Position numbers and translations under genes: made by a program. From the NCBI GenBank assembly GCA_040755995.1, contig JBFMAF010000037.1, forward strand, positions 192,001 to 256,000: 64,000 nucleotides of DNA, in the 5' to 3' direction. Every line of letters begins with the position of its first letter. Within the stretch, counting starts at the first letter, position 1. This DNA is from Acidobacteriota bacterium. Lineage in GTDB: Bacteria; Acidobacteriota; CAIWXX01. The notes under the pieces are model-generated. The model saw only the letters and a program-made list of their open reading frames with translations. It ran no database searches and was not told the DNA's origin. Shown here piece by piece: positions 32,444 through 42,489 of this stretch.

Positions 32444-33285
32444 GCAGGCATCGCGCATTCGTACCTGCGTGGCTCCTTCTGCTCGGCTGCGCGGTGCCGG
32501 GCGCGTCGGCGCAGGCGCCGCGCGCCGAGCCGATGCCGAAGCAGTTGGAGGGTGTCGAGGTGACCGAGCGTCCGGACAGTCCGATCCCGCTGAAGCTCGA
32601 ATTCACCGATGAGGACGGGCGCGCCGTCCGTCTGGGGGACTACTTCAAGCGAGGCCGCCCGGTCATCCTGACGCTGGGGTACTACGAATGTCCCATGCTC
32701 TGCACGCTCGTGCTGAACGGACTGATCGAGACGTTGAAGACGATCGAGTGGACGCCGGGGCTCGAATACGAGATAGTAACGGTGACGATCAATCCGGCCG
32801 AAACCTACAGGCTCGCGAGGCTCAAGAAGGAGAACTACCTGACCGAGTACGGGCGGGCGGGCGCGGCAATGGGCTGGCACTTCCTTACGGGACGCGAGGA
32901 GAACATCAAGGCGCTGGCAGGTGCGGTCGGCTTCGGCTACAAGTACGACGAGAGGATCGAGCAGTATGCGCATCCGGCTGTCATCATCGTGACGACACCT
33001 GAAGGGCACGTGTCACGGTACCTGTACGGCATCAAGTACGAGCCGAAGACGCTGAGGCTGGCGCTGGTCGAGGCTTCCGAGGGCAAGATCGGCTCGACGG
33101 TGGACCAGGTCATTCTCTATTGCTATCACTACGACGCGGCTGCGGGGCGCTACGCGCCTGCGGCGATGAAGCTGATGCGCATCGGCGGGGTGGCGACCCT
33201 GGTCACGGTCGCCGGGCTGCTCGCCTACCTCTGGATAGGCAGATCCGGGCGGCGTGCGCCGCCGGCAGGAGGGTCTCAGTCGTGA
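32440..33285 (+). CDS. SCO1/SenC copper chaperone
   Basis: YYECPMLC (CxxxC), WHFLTG and YAHPA; signal peptide and C-terminal TM. Confidence 0.9.
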   Translation: MSRHRAFVPAWLLLLGCAVPGASAQAPRAEPMPKQLEGVEVTERPDSPIPLKLEFTDEDGRAVRLGDYFKRGRPVILTLGYYECPMLCTLVLNGLIETLKTIEWTPGLEYEIVTVTINPAETYRLARLKKENYLTEYGRAGAAMGWHFLTGREENIKALAGAVGFGYKYDERIEQYAHPAVIIVTTPEGHVSRYLYGIKYEPKTLRLALVEASEGKIGSTVDQVILYCYHYDAAAGRYAPAAMKLMRIGGVATLVTVAGLLAYLWIGRSGRRAPPAGGSQS

Positions 33286-34274
33286 GCTCGTTGCGCGATC
33301 TGCTCGATTGTTTCTCCTTGCACTTCAGTGCGCAGGCGGACGGTTCCTTCTGGATGCCGCCGGTGGGATCGACCGGAGCTCCCGAAGTCGACCGCGTTTT
33401 CTATTTCGTCTTCTGGATCTCGCTGTTCTTCTTCCTCCTGATCGCGGCGCTGATGGTGTTCTTCCTGGTGAGGTTTCGGCGCCGGCCCGGATACGCGCCT
33501 GGGAAGGCGCCTCACCAGCACATGGCGCTGGAGATCACGTGGAGCGTCATCCCGCTGATCATCGTGGGGGCCATTTTCTACATGGGGTTCCGGGGCTTCA
33601 TGAATCTGAGCACTCCGCCGGCCAACGCGTACGAGATCCAGGTTGCGGGCCAGAAATGGAAGTGGCTGTTCACGTACCCGAACGGGTACGTCGACGAGAA
33701 CCTGCACGTGCCTGTGGACGAGCCGATCCGCCTCGTGATGACTTCCGAGGACGTCATACATAGTCTTTTCGTGCCGTCGTTCCGGATCAAGAAGGACGTC
33801 GTCCCGGGACGCTACACGAAGGCGTGGTTTCAGGCGATCCAGCCGGGGGAGTATCAGATCCTGTGCGCGGAGTACTGCGGCAAGGGCCATTCGGACATGT
33901 CGGCGGCGGTGATCGTTCACGAACCCGGCGGATTCGAGAAGTGGCTCGAGAACGCGTCGAACTTCCTCGCCACAATGCCGCCTTCGGAAGCAGGCGAGCG
34001 GCTCTACAGGTCGCGAGGCTGCGCCCAGTGCCACTCGGCCGACGGCAGGCCCGGCACGGGGCCGTCGTTCAAAGGTGTATTCGGGAAGACGCAGCTCATG
34101 AAGGATGGCTCATCTGTGCTGGCCGACGAGAATTACATTCGGGAGTCGATCCTGGAACCGGAGGCCCGAGTGGTGGCGGGCTACGACCCGGTCATGCCCA
34201 CCTTCAAGGGGCGCATCAAGGACCAGGAGATCACGGCGATCATCGAGTATCTCAAGACGCTGAGAGAGCAATGA
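33282..34274 (+). CDS. coxB: Cytochrome c oxidase subunit II with fused cytochrome c (caa3 type)
   Basis: LEITWS, DVIHS, CuA motif CAEYCGKGHSDM and C-terminal CAQCH; GTG start overlaps the sco stop. Confidence 0.92.
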   Translation: MSSLRDLLDCFSLHFSAQADGSFWMPPVGSTGAPEVDRVFYFVFWISLFFFLLIAALMVFFLVRFRRRPGYAPGKAPHQHMALEITWSVIPLIIVGAIFYMGFRGFMNLSTPPANAYEIQVAGQKWKWLFTYPNGYVDENLHVPVDEPIRLVMTSEDVIHSLFVPSFRIKKDVVPGRYTKAWFQAIQPGEYQILCAEYCGKGHSDMSAAVIVHEPGGFEKWLENASNFLATMPPSEAGERLYRSRGCAQCHSADGRPGTGPSFKGVFGKTQLMKDGSSVLADENYIRESILEPEARVVAGYDPVMPTFKGRIKDQEITAIIEYLKTLREQ

Positions 34275-34377
34275 GATTTCAGATTTCAGACTGACGGGGA
34301 GGGGACTCTCCGTTCCCGGAATTGAAAGAGGCATTGATAGTGAGATTTCAGATTTCAGATTGCAGATGGCAGATTGA
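34272..34377 (+). repeat. Two heptamer arrays (AGATTTC/AGATTGC) forming a 19-bp direct repeat between coxB and coxA
   Basis: tgagatttcagatttcaga at 34272-34290 and 34341-34359; second array has 5 units (34343-34377). Confidence 0.8.
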
Positions 34378-36090
34378 ATGGGCGACATCGCTCGAGGCCC
34401 CGGATCAGAAGAGGCGTGGAAAGTGACCGGCGAAGTCAATTCAAGCAAAGAGGCGGCGTTCGCGGAGGACAACTACCTGACGCACGAGCACGGGCTGCGC
34501 TCGTGGATTTTCACTCTTGACCACAAGCGGATCGGCGTGATGTATCTCGTATGCATTCTCGCCTCGTTCCTGCTGGGCGGGGTTTTCGCGTTGCTCGTCC
34601 GGACCGAGCTTCTGACGCCGCATCGGACCGTCATGGACGCCGAGACCTACAATCGGATGTTCACGCTCCACGGGGCCGCGATGATCTTCCTGTTCATTAT
34701 TCCCGGCATCCCGGCGGCCATGGGCAACTTCGTTCTGCCGATCATGCTGGGCGCGAAGGATCTGGCGTTCCCGCGGTTGAACCTTTTCAGCTGGTATCTG
34801 TACGTGGTGGGGGCCGTCTTCTTCCTGATCGCCATAGCGGGGGGCGGCCTGGACACGGGTTGGACGTTTTACACGCCATACAGCACCACTACGCACAGCG
34901 CCGTCATCCCTGCCGTACTTGGGGCGTTCGTCCTGGGATTCAGCTCGATATTCACGGGCCTCAACTTCCTCGTGACGATTCACAAGCTGCGTCCGGCCGG
35001 GATGACCTGGTTCCGGATGCCGCTGTTCGTCTGGTCGCTCTACGGGACGTCCATCATCCAGATCCTCGCCACGCCGGTTCTCGGAATCACGCTGCTGCTG
35101 CTGGCCGTCGAGCGGCTGGCCGGCGTCGGTATCTTCGATCCGGCGCTCGGCGGCGATCCGGTTCTCTTCCAGCACTTCTTCTGGTTCTATTCGCACCCGG
35201 CTGTCTACATCATGATTCTCCCGGGCATGGGCATCATCAGCGAGCTGGTGTCGGTCTTCAGCCACAAGACGATCTTCGGCTACAAGTTCATCGCTTACAG
35301 CAGCATCGCCATCGCGGTGCTCGGGTTCCTCGTCTGGGGGCACCACATGTTCACGAGCGGCCAGTCCGGCCTTGCGAACATGATCTTCAGCGCGCTGACG
35401 TTCAGCGTGGCGATCCCATCCGCGATCAAGGTGTTCAACTGGCTGGCCACGATGTACAAGGGATCGATCAGCCTCGAAACGCCGATGCTCTATGCGCTGG
35501 CCTTCATTCTTCTTTTCGGGATCGGCGGATTGACAGGGCTCTTCTTGGGCGCGCTCGCCACCGACATCCACCTCCACGACACCTACTTCGTCGTAGCCCA
35601 CTTCCATTACACCATGATGGGCGGCACGCTCATGGCGTTTCTCGGGGGGCTCAACTACTGGTGGCCGAAGATGTTTGGACGGCGCTACAGCGAGAGGTGG
35701 GGCCGCGTAGCAGCGGTCCTGATCTTCCTCGGCTTCAATATCACCTTCTTCACGCAGTTCGTAATGGGCAGCCGCGGCATGCCGCGCCGGTACTACAACT
35801 ACCCCGAACAGTTCAGGCACGGGCACCAGCTATCGAGCCTCGGCGCCTACCTCATGGCCATAGGCTTCGTGATCATGGCGGTCTATTTGGTCCATTCGCT
35901 GTTCCGCGGCAAGCGGGCAGCGGCCAACCCCTGGGGCGGACCGACGCTCGAATGGCAGACCGCCTCGCCGCCGCCACACTACAACTTCGCTACTCCACCC
36001 ACGGTGGGCGATCCGTACGATTTCACGGGCATCGAGTATGATCCGAAGATCGACGGTTACGTGCGCGTCGTGCCGGAGAAGGGCCTGTGA
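34378..36090 (+). CDS. coxA: Cytochrome c oxidase subunit I, A2 type
   Basis: [15 protein letters not shown] (YS motif of the A2 family), VWGHH and [12 protein letters not shown]; alternative GTG start at 34423. Confidence 0.95.
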   Translation: MGDIARGPGSEEAWKVTGEVNSSKEAAFAEDNYLTHEHGLRSWIFTLDHKRIGVMYLVCILASFLLGGVFALLVRTELLTPHRTVMDAETYNRMFTLHGAAMIFLFIIPGIPAAMGNFVLPIMLGAKDLAFPRLNLFSWYLYVVGAVFFLIAIAGGGLDTGWTFYTPYSTTTHSAVIPAVLGAFVLGFSSIFTGLNFLVTIHKLRPAGMTWFRMPLFVWSLYGTSIIQILATPVLGITLLLLAVERLAGVGIFDPALGGDPVLFQHFFWFYSHPAVYIMILPGMGIISELVSVFSHKTIFGYKFIAYSSIAIAVLGFLVWGHHMFTSGQSGLANMIFSALTFSVAIPSAIKVFNWLATMYKGSISLETPMLYALAFILLFGIGGLTGLFLGALATDIHLHDTYFVVAHFHYTMMGGTLMAFLGGLNYWWPKMFGRRYSERWGRVAAVLIFLGFNITFFTQFVMGSRGMPRRYYNYPEQFRHGHQLSSLGAYLMAIGFVIMAVYLVHSLFRGKRAAANPWGGPTLEWQTASPPPHYNFATPPTVGDPYDFTGIEYDPKIDGYVRVVPEKGL

Positions 36091-36187
36091 GAGACGCGGA
36101 GTCACCTTGCGAAAACGATCAGAAAAACCGGCCCGCGCGCCCTGGACATGCGTGGTTCAGGATGCTACTTATTGAGGGGAGACCAAC

Positions 36188-36457
36188 ATGACAGACGTTG
36201 CGATCGCTTTGCCGAAAGAGGTAGCACACCAGATCGAGTCCAGGTGGGGCAACTTGCCGCAGCGGGCACTTGAGTCGTTGGCGATCGAAGCCTACCGATC
36301 GGGAATCATCACCACAGCGGAAGTACAGAGGATGCTCGGCATGGACAGTGGTTGGGATGTCGATGACTTCTTGAAAAGGGCGCATGCTTACCTGGACTAT
36401 GCCGAGTCGGATCTCGACCGCGACGTTGCAGCGATGCGAATGGTTCGACGCAGCTGA
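36188..36457 (+). CDS. UPF0175 family protein (orphan antitoxin-like) inside the oxidase operon
   Basis: ALESLAIEAYRSGIITTAEVQRMLGMDS.W.VD.FLK...YLDY; GAGGGGAG RBS. Confidence 0.8.
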   Translation: MTDVAIALPKEVAHQIESRWGNLPQRALESLAIEAYRSGIITTAEVQRMLGMDSGWDVDDFLKRAHAYLDYAESDLDRDVAAMRMVRRS

Positions 36458-37335
36458 TGATCGGTAGCGAAACCGAACCGCCCGCCCCCGACGCTGCCGT
36501 ACACCCCCCGCACCTCGCGCACCATTTCTCCTCGCCGCAGCAGCAGTTCGAATCGGGCAAGCTGGGGATGTGGGTATTCCTCGCCACCGAGATCCTGTTC
36601 TTCAGCGGCCTGTTCTGCGCCTACGCGGTCTATCGCGCGAACCATCCTGATATCTTCGTTTACGCCCACCACTTCCTCGACAAGATCCTGGGCGGCGTCA
36701 ACACGCTCGTTCTGATCTGCAGCAGCCTCACGATGGCTTGGGCCGTGCGATGCGCCCAGCTCAGCCGGCGTCGCGGACTGATAGCTCTCCTGAGTCTCAC
36801 GCTCTGTTTCGCCTTCTGTTTCCTGGGGATCAAGTTCGTTGAGTACGATCACAAGTGGAAACACGGGCTGCTGTGGGGAAAGCATTTCCAACCGCAGGAG
36901 AGTGCCGGCGAGCCCGGGAGCGCCGCGAAGACACGGGAATCTCGGCAGAAGGCGGACAAGCAGGAGGCGGCCATCGGTCCAGCCACTCCGGCTCCGGCCG
37001 GGGCGGCCCCCGCTGGGAGCCGGGACGAGCGATCCCAGATCCCTCCGGCCGCTATCGGACCTCGCGGACTGGCAAGGACTCACCCGACGCAAAGCATCGA
37101 GAAGACGCCCCCGAAGAACGTACAGGTGTTTTTCGGCATATACTTCATGATGACGGGGCTTCACGCACTGCATGTCATCGCAGGGATGATCATGCTCGGC
37201 TGGCTTCTGGCCCGCTCAGTCCGTGGCGACTTCTCGAGCGCCTACTTCACGCCGGTCGACCTTGGCGGCCTCTACTGGCACCTCGTGGACCTGATCTGGA
37301 TATACCTCTTCCCATTGTTGTACCTTATCCATTAG
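36457..37335 (+). CDS. coxC: Cytochrome c oxidase subunit III with a low-complexity loop insertion
   Basis: GMWVFLATEILFF, NTLVLICSS, YFMMTGLHALHV and GLYWHLVDLIWI. Confidence 0.9.
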   Translation: MIGSETEPPAPDAAVHPPHLAHHFSSPQQQFESGKLGMWVFLATEILFFSGLFCAYAVYRANHPDIFVYAHHFLDKILGGVNTLVLICSSLTMAWAVRCAQLSRRRGLIALLSLTLCFAFCFLGIKFVEYDHKWKHGLLWGKHFQPQESAGEPGSAAKTRESRQKADKQEAAIGPATPAPAGAAPAGSRDERSQIPPAAIGPRGLARTHPTQSIEKTPPKNVQVFFGIYFMMTGLHALHVIAGMIMLGWLLARSVRGDFSSAYFTPVDLGGLYWHLVDLIWIYLFPLLYLIH

Positions 37336-37348
37336 GGAACGTGGGAGC

Positions 37349-37720
37349 ATGAGCACTGATTCGTCGGCGCGCGAAAGCGACGCCGCCGCGCCCACTCACG
37401 GTGTAGGCCACGTCATGAGCCTGCCGGTGCTCGTGGCCGTATGGGGAGCCCTGGCGGTCCTGACGGTCGTCACTGTGGCGGTCACAAAGGTCGATCTCGG
37501 GAACCTGAACCTCTATATCGCAATGGCCATCGCCACGGTCAAGGCTTCGCTGGTGCTCCTGTACTTCATGCATCTGCGCTACGAGAGACCGGTCAATGCG
37601 ATTGTCTTCGTGACCGCGCTGCTGTTTGTGCTTCTGTTCGTGAGCCTTGCGCTGATGGACACGGGCCAGTACCAGCCCGAGCTCATCCCCGGCTACTCGC
37701 CGGCGATGCCGCCACAATGA
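37349..37720 (+). CDS. Cytochrome c oxidase subunit IV family protein
   Basis: IATVKASLVLLYFMHLRYE; three TM helices. Confidence 0.88.
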   Translation: MSTDSSARESDAAAPTHGVGHVMSLPVLVAVWGALAVLTVVTVAVTKVDLGNLNLYIAMAIATVKASLVLLYFMHLRYERPVNAIVFVTALLFVLLFVSLALMDTGQYQPELIPGYSPAMPPQ

Positions 37721-38334
37721 CTACCAGCCGCCCCGCTACCGGCCCTCGCCCGCTCGGGAGCCCGCCCGGGGCCGCCCATCCGTACGATCCAGCGATGGGC
37801 CGGCTGGGGATGCGACTATTCCTGCTCACGCTCGCCGTGCTTTTCGCGGCCAGCATCGCCGGCTATCTCGTAGTCCGTTCGCGGGCCGCGGAGTGGCCGC
37901 CGCCGGGAATGCCGCGCCTTCCGTCGGGACTCTGGATCAGCACGCTGATCATCCTGCTCTGCAGCGTCTCGATCCAGTGGGCTTTGCGGAGCGTGAGGCG
38001 GGGACAGCAGGGGACGCTCCGCGCCGGGCTTCTGCTCACGCTCATGCTGGGCCTCGGCTTCCTCGTCAGCCAGACGGCGAATTGGCTCTGGCTTCTTTCT
38101 GCGCAGATTCAGGGGAAACCCAATCTCTACGCGTTCACGACCTACATGCTGACCGGTCTTCACGCTGCGCACGTGATCGGCGGGATCATCCTGCTCATCG
38201 TCGTCAGAATCCAGGCAGGCCGCGGGCGGTACTCCGGCGACTACCACCCGGGCGTCGAGTACTCCGCGATGTACTGGCATTTCCTCGACGCGGTCTGGCT
38301 CGTCATGTTCACCGTGATGTTCGTCTTCGCTTGA
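37717..38334 (+). CDS. Second heme-copper oxidase subunit III paralog
   Basis: YMLTGLHAAHVIGG and MYWHFLDAVW; ATGA overlap with the preceding gene. Confidence 0.85.
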   Translation: MTTSRPATGPRPLGSPPGAAHPYDPAMGRLGMRLFLLTLAVLFAASIAGYLVVRSRAAEWPPPGMPRLPSGLWISTLIILLCSVSIQWALRSVRRGQQGTLRAGLLLTLMLGLGFLVSQTANWLWLLSAQIQGKPNLYAFTTYMLTGLHAAHVIGGIILLIVVRIQAGRGRYSGDYHPGVEYSAMYWHFLDAVWLVMFTVMFVFA

Positions 38335-38418
38335 CGTCGTCGCCGGCGGTCTGGCTCGGAGCTGGCAGCAGGCGTGGGCCGTCCAGAAAGGCATCCGATG
38401 GCTTCGCCGGAGAGACCC

Positions 38419-40263
38419 ATGGAGCGCAAGGCGTTCAGGCTTGGCGAATGGCTCGCCCAACCAAACGACTGCACGCTTCGCTCCGCGGACTGTACTCGTC
38501 GGGTCGAGCCACAACTCATGGACCTCCTCGTCTTTCTGGCGTCCCGGGCCGGGCAGGTTGTGACCAGGCAGGATATCCTGGACGGTGTGTGGGGAGGCAC
38601 CGCGGTTTCCGAGGATTCAATCACCACTTCGATCTACCAGCTGCGGCGCGCTCTTGGCGACGACGCGCACAGCCCGCGCTTCATCGAAACGATCCCGAAA
38701 CGGGGCTACCGGCTGCTCGTGGCGGCGAGCGCGCACGACGAAGGCACGACATCAGAACCTGCTGTGCGGGCGATTCACCGCAAACGGCGCTACGCTTTCA
38801 TTGCGGTTGGCTGCCTGATTCCCGTCGCTCTGGCGGCGATCGGTTTCTGGATCGATGGCGCGCGCCGTACTCCGGGCGTCCGCTCGCTGGCCGTCCTCCC
38901 GCTCAAGAACCTCTCGGCAGAGCCGGGCGACGACTACCTGTCCGACGGCATCACTGCTGCGCTGATCACGGAGCTCGCGAAGATGGAACCGCTGCGAGTC
39001 ATTTCTCGCACGTCGGTGACGCTGTATCGTGACTCGCCGAAGAGCGTTGGCGAGATCGCACGCGAGCTTCAGGTCGATGCGATACTTGAAGGTTCGCTTC
39101 TGCGATCTGGTGAACGCGTACGAATCGACGCCAGGCTCATCGACGCGACACGGGACACGCCGTTGTGGGCCGAGAGCTACGAGCGGGACATCGGCGACCT
39201 GCTGCAGCTCCAGCAGTTGATCGCCCAGTCGATCGCGCACGGCATCCAGGTGCGCCTCGCCTCCGAGAGACCGGCAGCGGCCCGCGAGCCGGTACCGGAG
39301 GCCGCGATGGAGGCGTACCTCAAGGGCCGGTCGCTCCTCGATCAGCGCAATCCCGCGACTCTGATGCAGGTCAGGCTTTACTTCGAGCGTGCCCGTCAGA
39401 TTGCACCTGCCTTCGCCGAAGCCGCAGCGGGGCAGGCCGACGCCTATGCGCTGATGGGTTACTATGGCATCGGGGATCCCGTCGAAGTTTATCCTCTGTC
39501 ACGTACGGCAGCGATGGCAGCGCTCGATCTCGACCCCGACCTCGCCGAGGCCCACACAGCACTGGCGACCATTCTCTTCTTCCATGACTGGGACCTTGCC
39601 GGTGCCGAGAAGGAGATACGCCGGGCAATCCAACTACAGCCCAACCTCGCAATCGCTCACCGGCGATACGCTTATATTCTGGCCATCTCGGGGCGCCGCG
39701 CCGAATCGATCGCCGAGGCCCGGATAGCACTCGCGTTGGATCCCGTCTATCTGCCCTCCTACTGGGACCTGGCCGAGATCCTGATGATGGCCCGCGAGTA
39801 CGACGAGGTCATCCGGCTCATGAAGAAGGCTCTGGAGCTCGACTCCACGGCCGCGGAGGCCTATTCGAACATGCAGGTCGCCTACGCATTTCAAGGCAAG
39901 ACGAAAGAATCGTACGCGGCATTCCGCGCTGCCGCCCAGAGTGAAGGGATGACGCATGAGGTGCTGGAGCAACTCGAGGAGGTGTTCGCCAAGCAAGGCC
40001 TGCAGGGCATCTATCGCGTTGTGGCGAGACGCCTTGAAGGGGCGGAACGGAATCGCAGCACCTCTAACGCCCTGTGCATCATCTACGCGGCAATCGGCGA
40101 ACGGGACCGGGCGTTCGAGCTCCTGGAGGAGGCGTACCGGCGCCGCGACCCCGGTCTGCTCGCCCTACGGGTATCTCCGTACATGGACCCTCTGCGATCC
40201 GATCCGCGTTTCTCCAGCCTGGTGAGGCGCCTGGAACCCACGAGCCCACCCGCCGGTCCTTGA
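38419..40263 (+). CDS. CadC-like winged-helix / TM / TolB-like / TPR regulator
   Basis: LRRALGDDAHSPRFIETIPKRGYR, SLAVLPLKNLS, LRVISRTS and TPR repeats; alternative start at 38398. Confidence 0.88.
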   Translation: MERKAFRLGEWLAQPNDCTLRSADCTRRVEPQLMDLLVFLASRAGQVVTRQDILDGVWGGTAVSEDSITTSIYQLRRALGDDAHSPRFIETIPKRGYRLLVAASAHDEGTTSEPAVRAIHRKRRYAFIAVGCLIPVALAAIGFWIDGARRTPGVRSLAVLPLKNLSAEPGDDYLSDGITAALITELAKMEPLRVISRTSVTLYRDSPKSVGEIARELQVDAILEGSLLRSGERVRIDARLIDATRDTPLWAESYERDIGDLLQLQQLIAQSIAHGIQVRLASERPAAAREPVPEAAMEAYLKGRSLLDQRNPATLMQVRLYFERARQIAPAFAEAAAGQADAYALMGYYGIGDPVEVYPLSRTAAMAALDLDPDLAEAHTALATILFFHDWDLAGAEKEIRRAIQLQPNLAIAHRRYAYILAISGRRAESIAEARIALALDPVYLPSYWDLAEILMMAREYDEVIRLMKKALELDSTAAEAYSNMQVAYAFQGKTKESYAAFRAAAQSEGMTHEVLEQLEEVFAKQGLQGIYRVVARRLEGAERNRSTSNALCIIYAAIGERDRAFELLEEAYRRRDPGLLALRVSPYMDPLRSDPRFSSLVRRLEPTSPPAGP

Positions 40264-40381
40264 TTCCGTCCCCCTATCTTTTCCTCATCGCCTCTTCAGC
40301 AGGTCCCCAGGACTTCCAGACGAGTCTGCACGATATCCACATCGTGATTGTGGTGACGACACCTGCAATCAAGGAGGTCCA

Positions 40382-41299
40382 ATGAGTGCTGAGTTTCACA
40401 ACGAGGAGAATGCGCGGAAGCCCCCGGTATTCCTCGTCCGCGTATGGCGGCGCCTCCCGGTAATCGTCCAGGCCGTGCTGACGGCCTCACTGGTGAGTCT
40501 GCTGGGGAGTTCCGTCTGGTCGACAGTGGCATATCTGAATATTCTGCACTCGCCATCGATCCCGTGGTCCGTGGCGGGCATGGCGGGCTACCTGTGGCTC
40601 TACTGGCAGTATCTGCAAGGACGGTGGTGGCCGCGAGGCACCGCCGAGACGCGCCGGCGCAATCTCAGGGCGGTCTCGCTCCCGCGACAGACCTGGCGCT
40701 GGGCTCTGCTTGCAGGAGGATCGGCCATCGGCGCTACGACCGCCCTGATGCTGGTCTTGGCCAGGTTCTTTCCGACCGGGAACAGCCTTCCAGATTTCGC
40801 CCTGCGCCTCCCGCCACACACGCTGCTTCCGCTGATCCTCATGAGCTCGACTGTCGCCGGGATCGCAGAGGAGGCATCGTTTCGAGGATACTTGCAGGCG
40901 CCGATCGAGAGGAGGCACGGGCCGGTTGCGGCGATTCTGATCTCCAGTGCCCTCTTCAGCATCGCTCACCTGCCGGGCGGGCGATCGATCACTCCGGCAA
41001 GCTATGTGCTCTTCGCGCTGTACGGTGTGAACTACGGCATCCTCGCGCATGTGACACGATCGATCCTGCCGGGGGTCGTGCTCCATGCGAGCGGAAACGT
41101 CGCAGGCTTCGCACTCCTGTGGTGGCTGGGGGCGAGCGCGGGGGAGACGCAGTGGCGCGCGGTGGCTGTCACAGAGGCTCTCAAGGATCGCCTCTTCCTG
41201 GCCAATTGCGCGGAAGTGATACTGCTGGCCGCGGTGGCACTCTGGGCCTACAGGAAGCTCTGCGTGACGATGCGTGGCCAAACGTCGAACACGATGTGA
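40382..41299 (+). CDS. CPBP (CAAX/Abi) intramembrane metalloprotease
   Basis: EExxxR (EEASFR), FSIAH and HASGN motifs; AAGGAGG RBS. Confidence 0.88.
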   Translation: MSAEFHNEENARKPPVFLVRVWRRLPVIVQAVLTASLVSLLGSSVWSTVAYLNILHSPSIPWSVAGMAGYLWLYWQYLQGRWWPRGTAETRRRNLRAVSLPRQTWRWALLAGGSAIGATTALMLVLARFFPTGNSLPDFALRLPPHTLLPLILMSSTVAGIAEEASFRGYLQAPIERRHGPVAAILISSALFSIAHLPGGRSITPASYVLFALYGVNYGILAHVTRSILPGVVLHASGNVAGFALLWWLGASAGETQWRAVAVTEALKDRLFLANCAEVILLAAVALWAYRKLCVTMRGQTSNTM

Positions 41300-41370
41300 T
41301 AGACTCGGCGGCGGTACATGGCGGACTCATTATGCGCGGGATGCGCCGCATGTTGACCGGAGCAGAGGCG

Positions 41371-41434
41371 GAGACGCCGGGACACGGAGACACGGAAACG
41401 CGGCGACAAGGAGACGCGGGGACATGGGGACATG
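41371..41434 (+). repeat. Octamer tandem array (GRGACRYG-like x8) ending in the start codon of the next gene
   Basis: gagacgcc gggacacg gagacacg gaaacgcg gcgacaag gagacgcg gggacatg gggacATG. Confidence 0.8.
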
Positions 41435-42352
41435 AAGATCAGAGGGGTGCTGCCGCCGGTCACCACACCGTTCGACAACCGAGGCGAGGTCGACACAGCG
41501 GCTCTTCGCGCGAATCTGCGCCGCTATCTCGATTGCGCCGTGGCCGGAATCGTCGTACTCGGGACGAATGGTGAGGCCGCACTGCTCGATGAGGCCGAGA
41601 GCGACGCGATGGTCGCGGCAGCGCGTGAGTCGGTTCCAAGTGATCGCGTGCTGATCGCGGGGGCCGCCAGGGAATCGACGCGAGCGACCGTGGCCGCCGC
41701 GCGGCGCGCGGCATCGCTCGGAGCGGATGCCGTCCTCGTTCGGACTCCCTCGGCCTACAAGTCTCAGATGACGGCGGAGGCCCTGGTAGGCTACTACGCG
41801 GCCGTGGCCGACTCGTCCCCGGCGCCGGTGATCTTGTACGATTTCACGGCAGCCACCGGCGTGAACCTCGCCCCGGGGCTGGTTGAGCGGCTTGCACTGC
41901 ACCCGAACGTCGCCGGGATCAAGGATTCCAACGGCGACATGGCCCAGATCGCCGAACTGGTGGGCCTGGCAAGCGATCGCTTCAGCGTGCTGGTAGGCTC
42001 ACCGCAGACCTTCTACACGAGCCTCTGCCTCGGAGTCGACGGCGGCATCCTGGCCGCGGCATGTTTCGCTCCACGGGCCTGTGTCGCGATGTACGAGCTG
42101 GTGATGAATCGTCGTCACCAGGAGGCGCTGGCGTTGCAGCGCGAGTTGTTGCCGCTCATTCGAACGGCGTTCCTCGATTTCGGCGTTCCGGGCCTCAAGG
42201 TGGCAGTGGATGCCGCCGGCTACGCTGGCGGCCCTGCCCGACCGCCGCTCCCCACCGTCCCGCCGGAGGCAGCCACAAGGATCCGAGATGCCGTGACCGC
42301 GTTCCAGAAGAGCGTTGATCGGACCGCGCCGCCGCGCATGCCGGGCAGCTGA
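41432..42352 (+). CDS. DapA-like class I aldolase (resembles 4-hydroxy-2-oxoglutarate aldolase)
   Basis: PPVTTPF, GTNGE, VILY and Schiff-base GIKDS. Confidence 0.8.
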   Translation: MKIRGVLPPVTTPFDNRGEVDTAALRANLRRYLDCAVAGIVVLGTNGEAALLDEAESDAMVAAARESVPSDRVLIAGAARESTRATVAAARRAASLGADAVLVRTPSAYKSQMTAEALVGYYAAVADSSPAPVILYDFTAATGVNLAPGLVERLALHPNVAGIKDSNGDMAQIAELVGLASDRFSVLVGSPQTFYTSLCLGVDGGILAAACFAPRACVAMYELVMNRRHQEALALQRELLPLIRTAFLDFGVPGLKVAVDAAGYAGGPARPPLPTVPPEAATRIRDAVTAFQKSVDRTAPPRMPGS

Positions 42353-42489
42353 CGGCGCGCCGTGCCACCGGCCTGCGCACCGAGCAGGGCTGTCATCACG
42401 GCCGTATTGTGCGATAATCTGCGCTGGTCGCGACGAGTGGTCGCGGCTCAGGTTCGATGAGATGGGTCCCAATAGGAGGTTGCCCTGAG

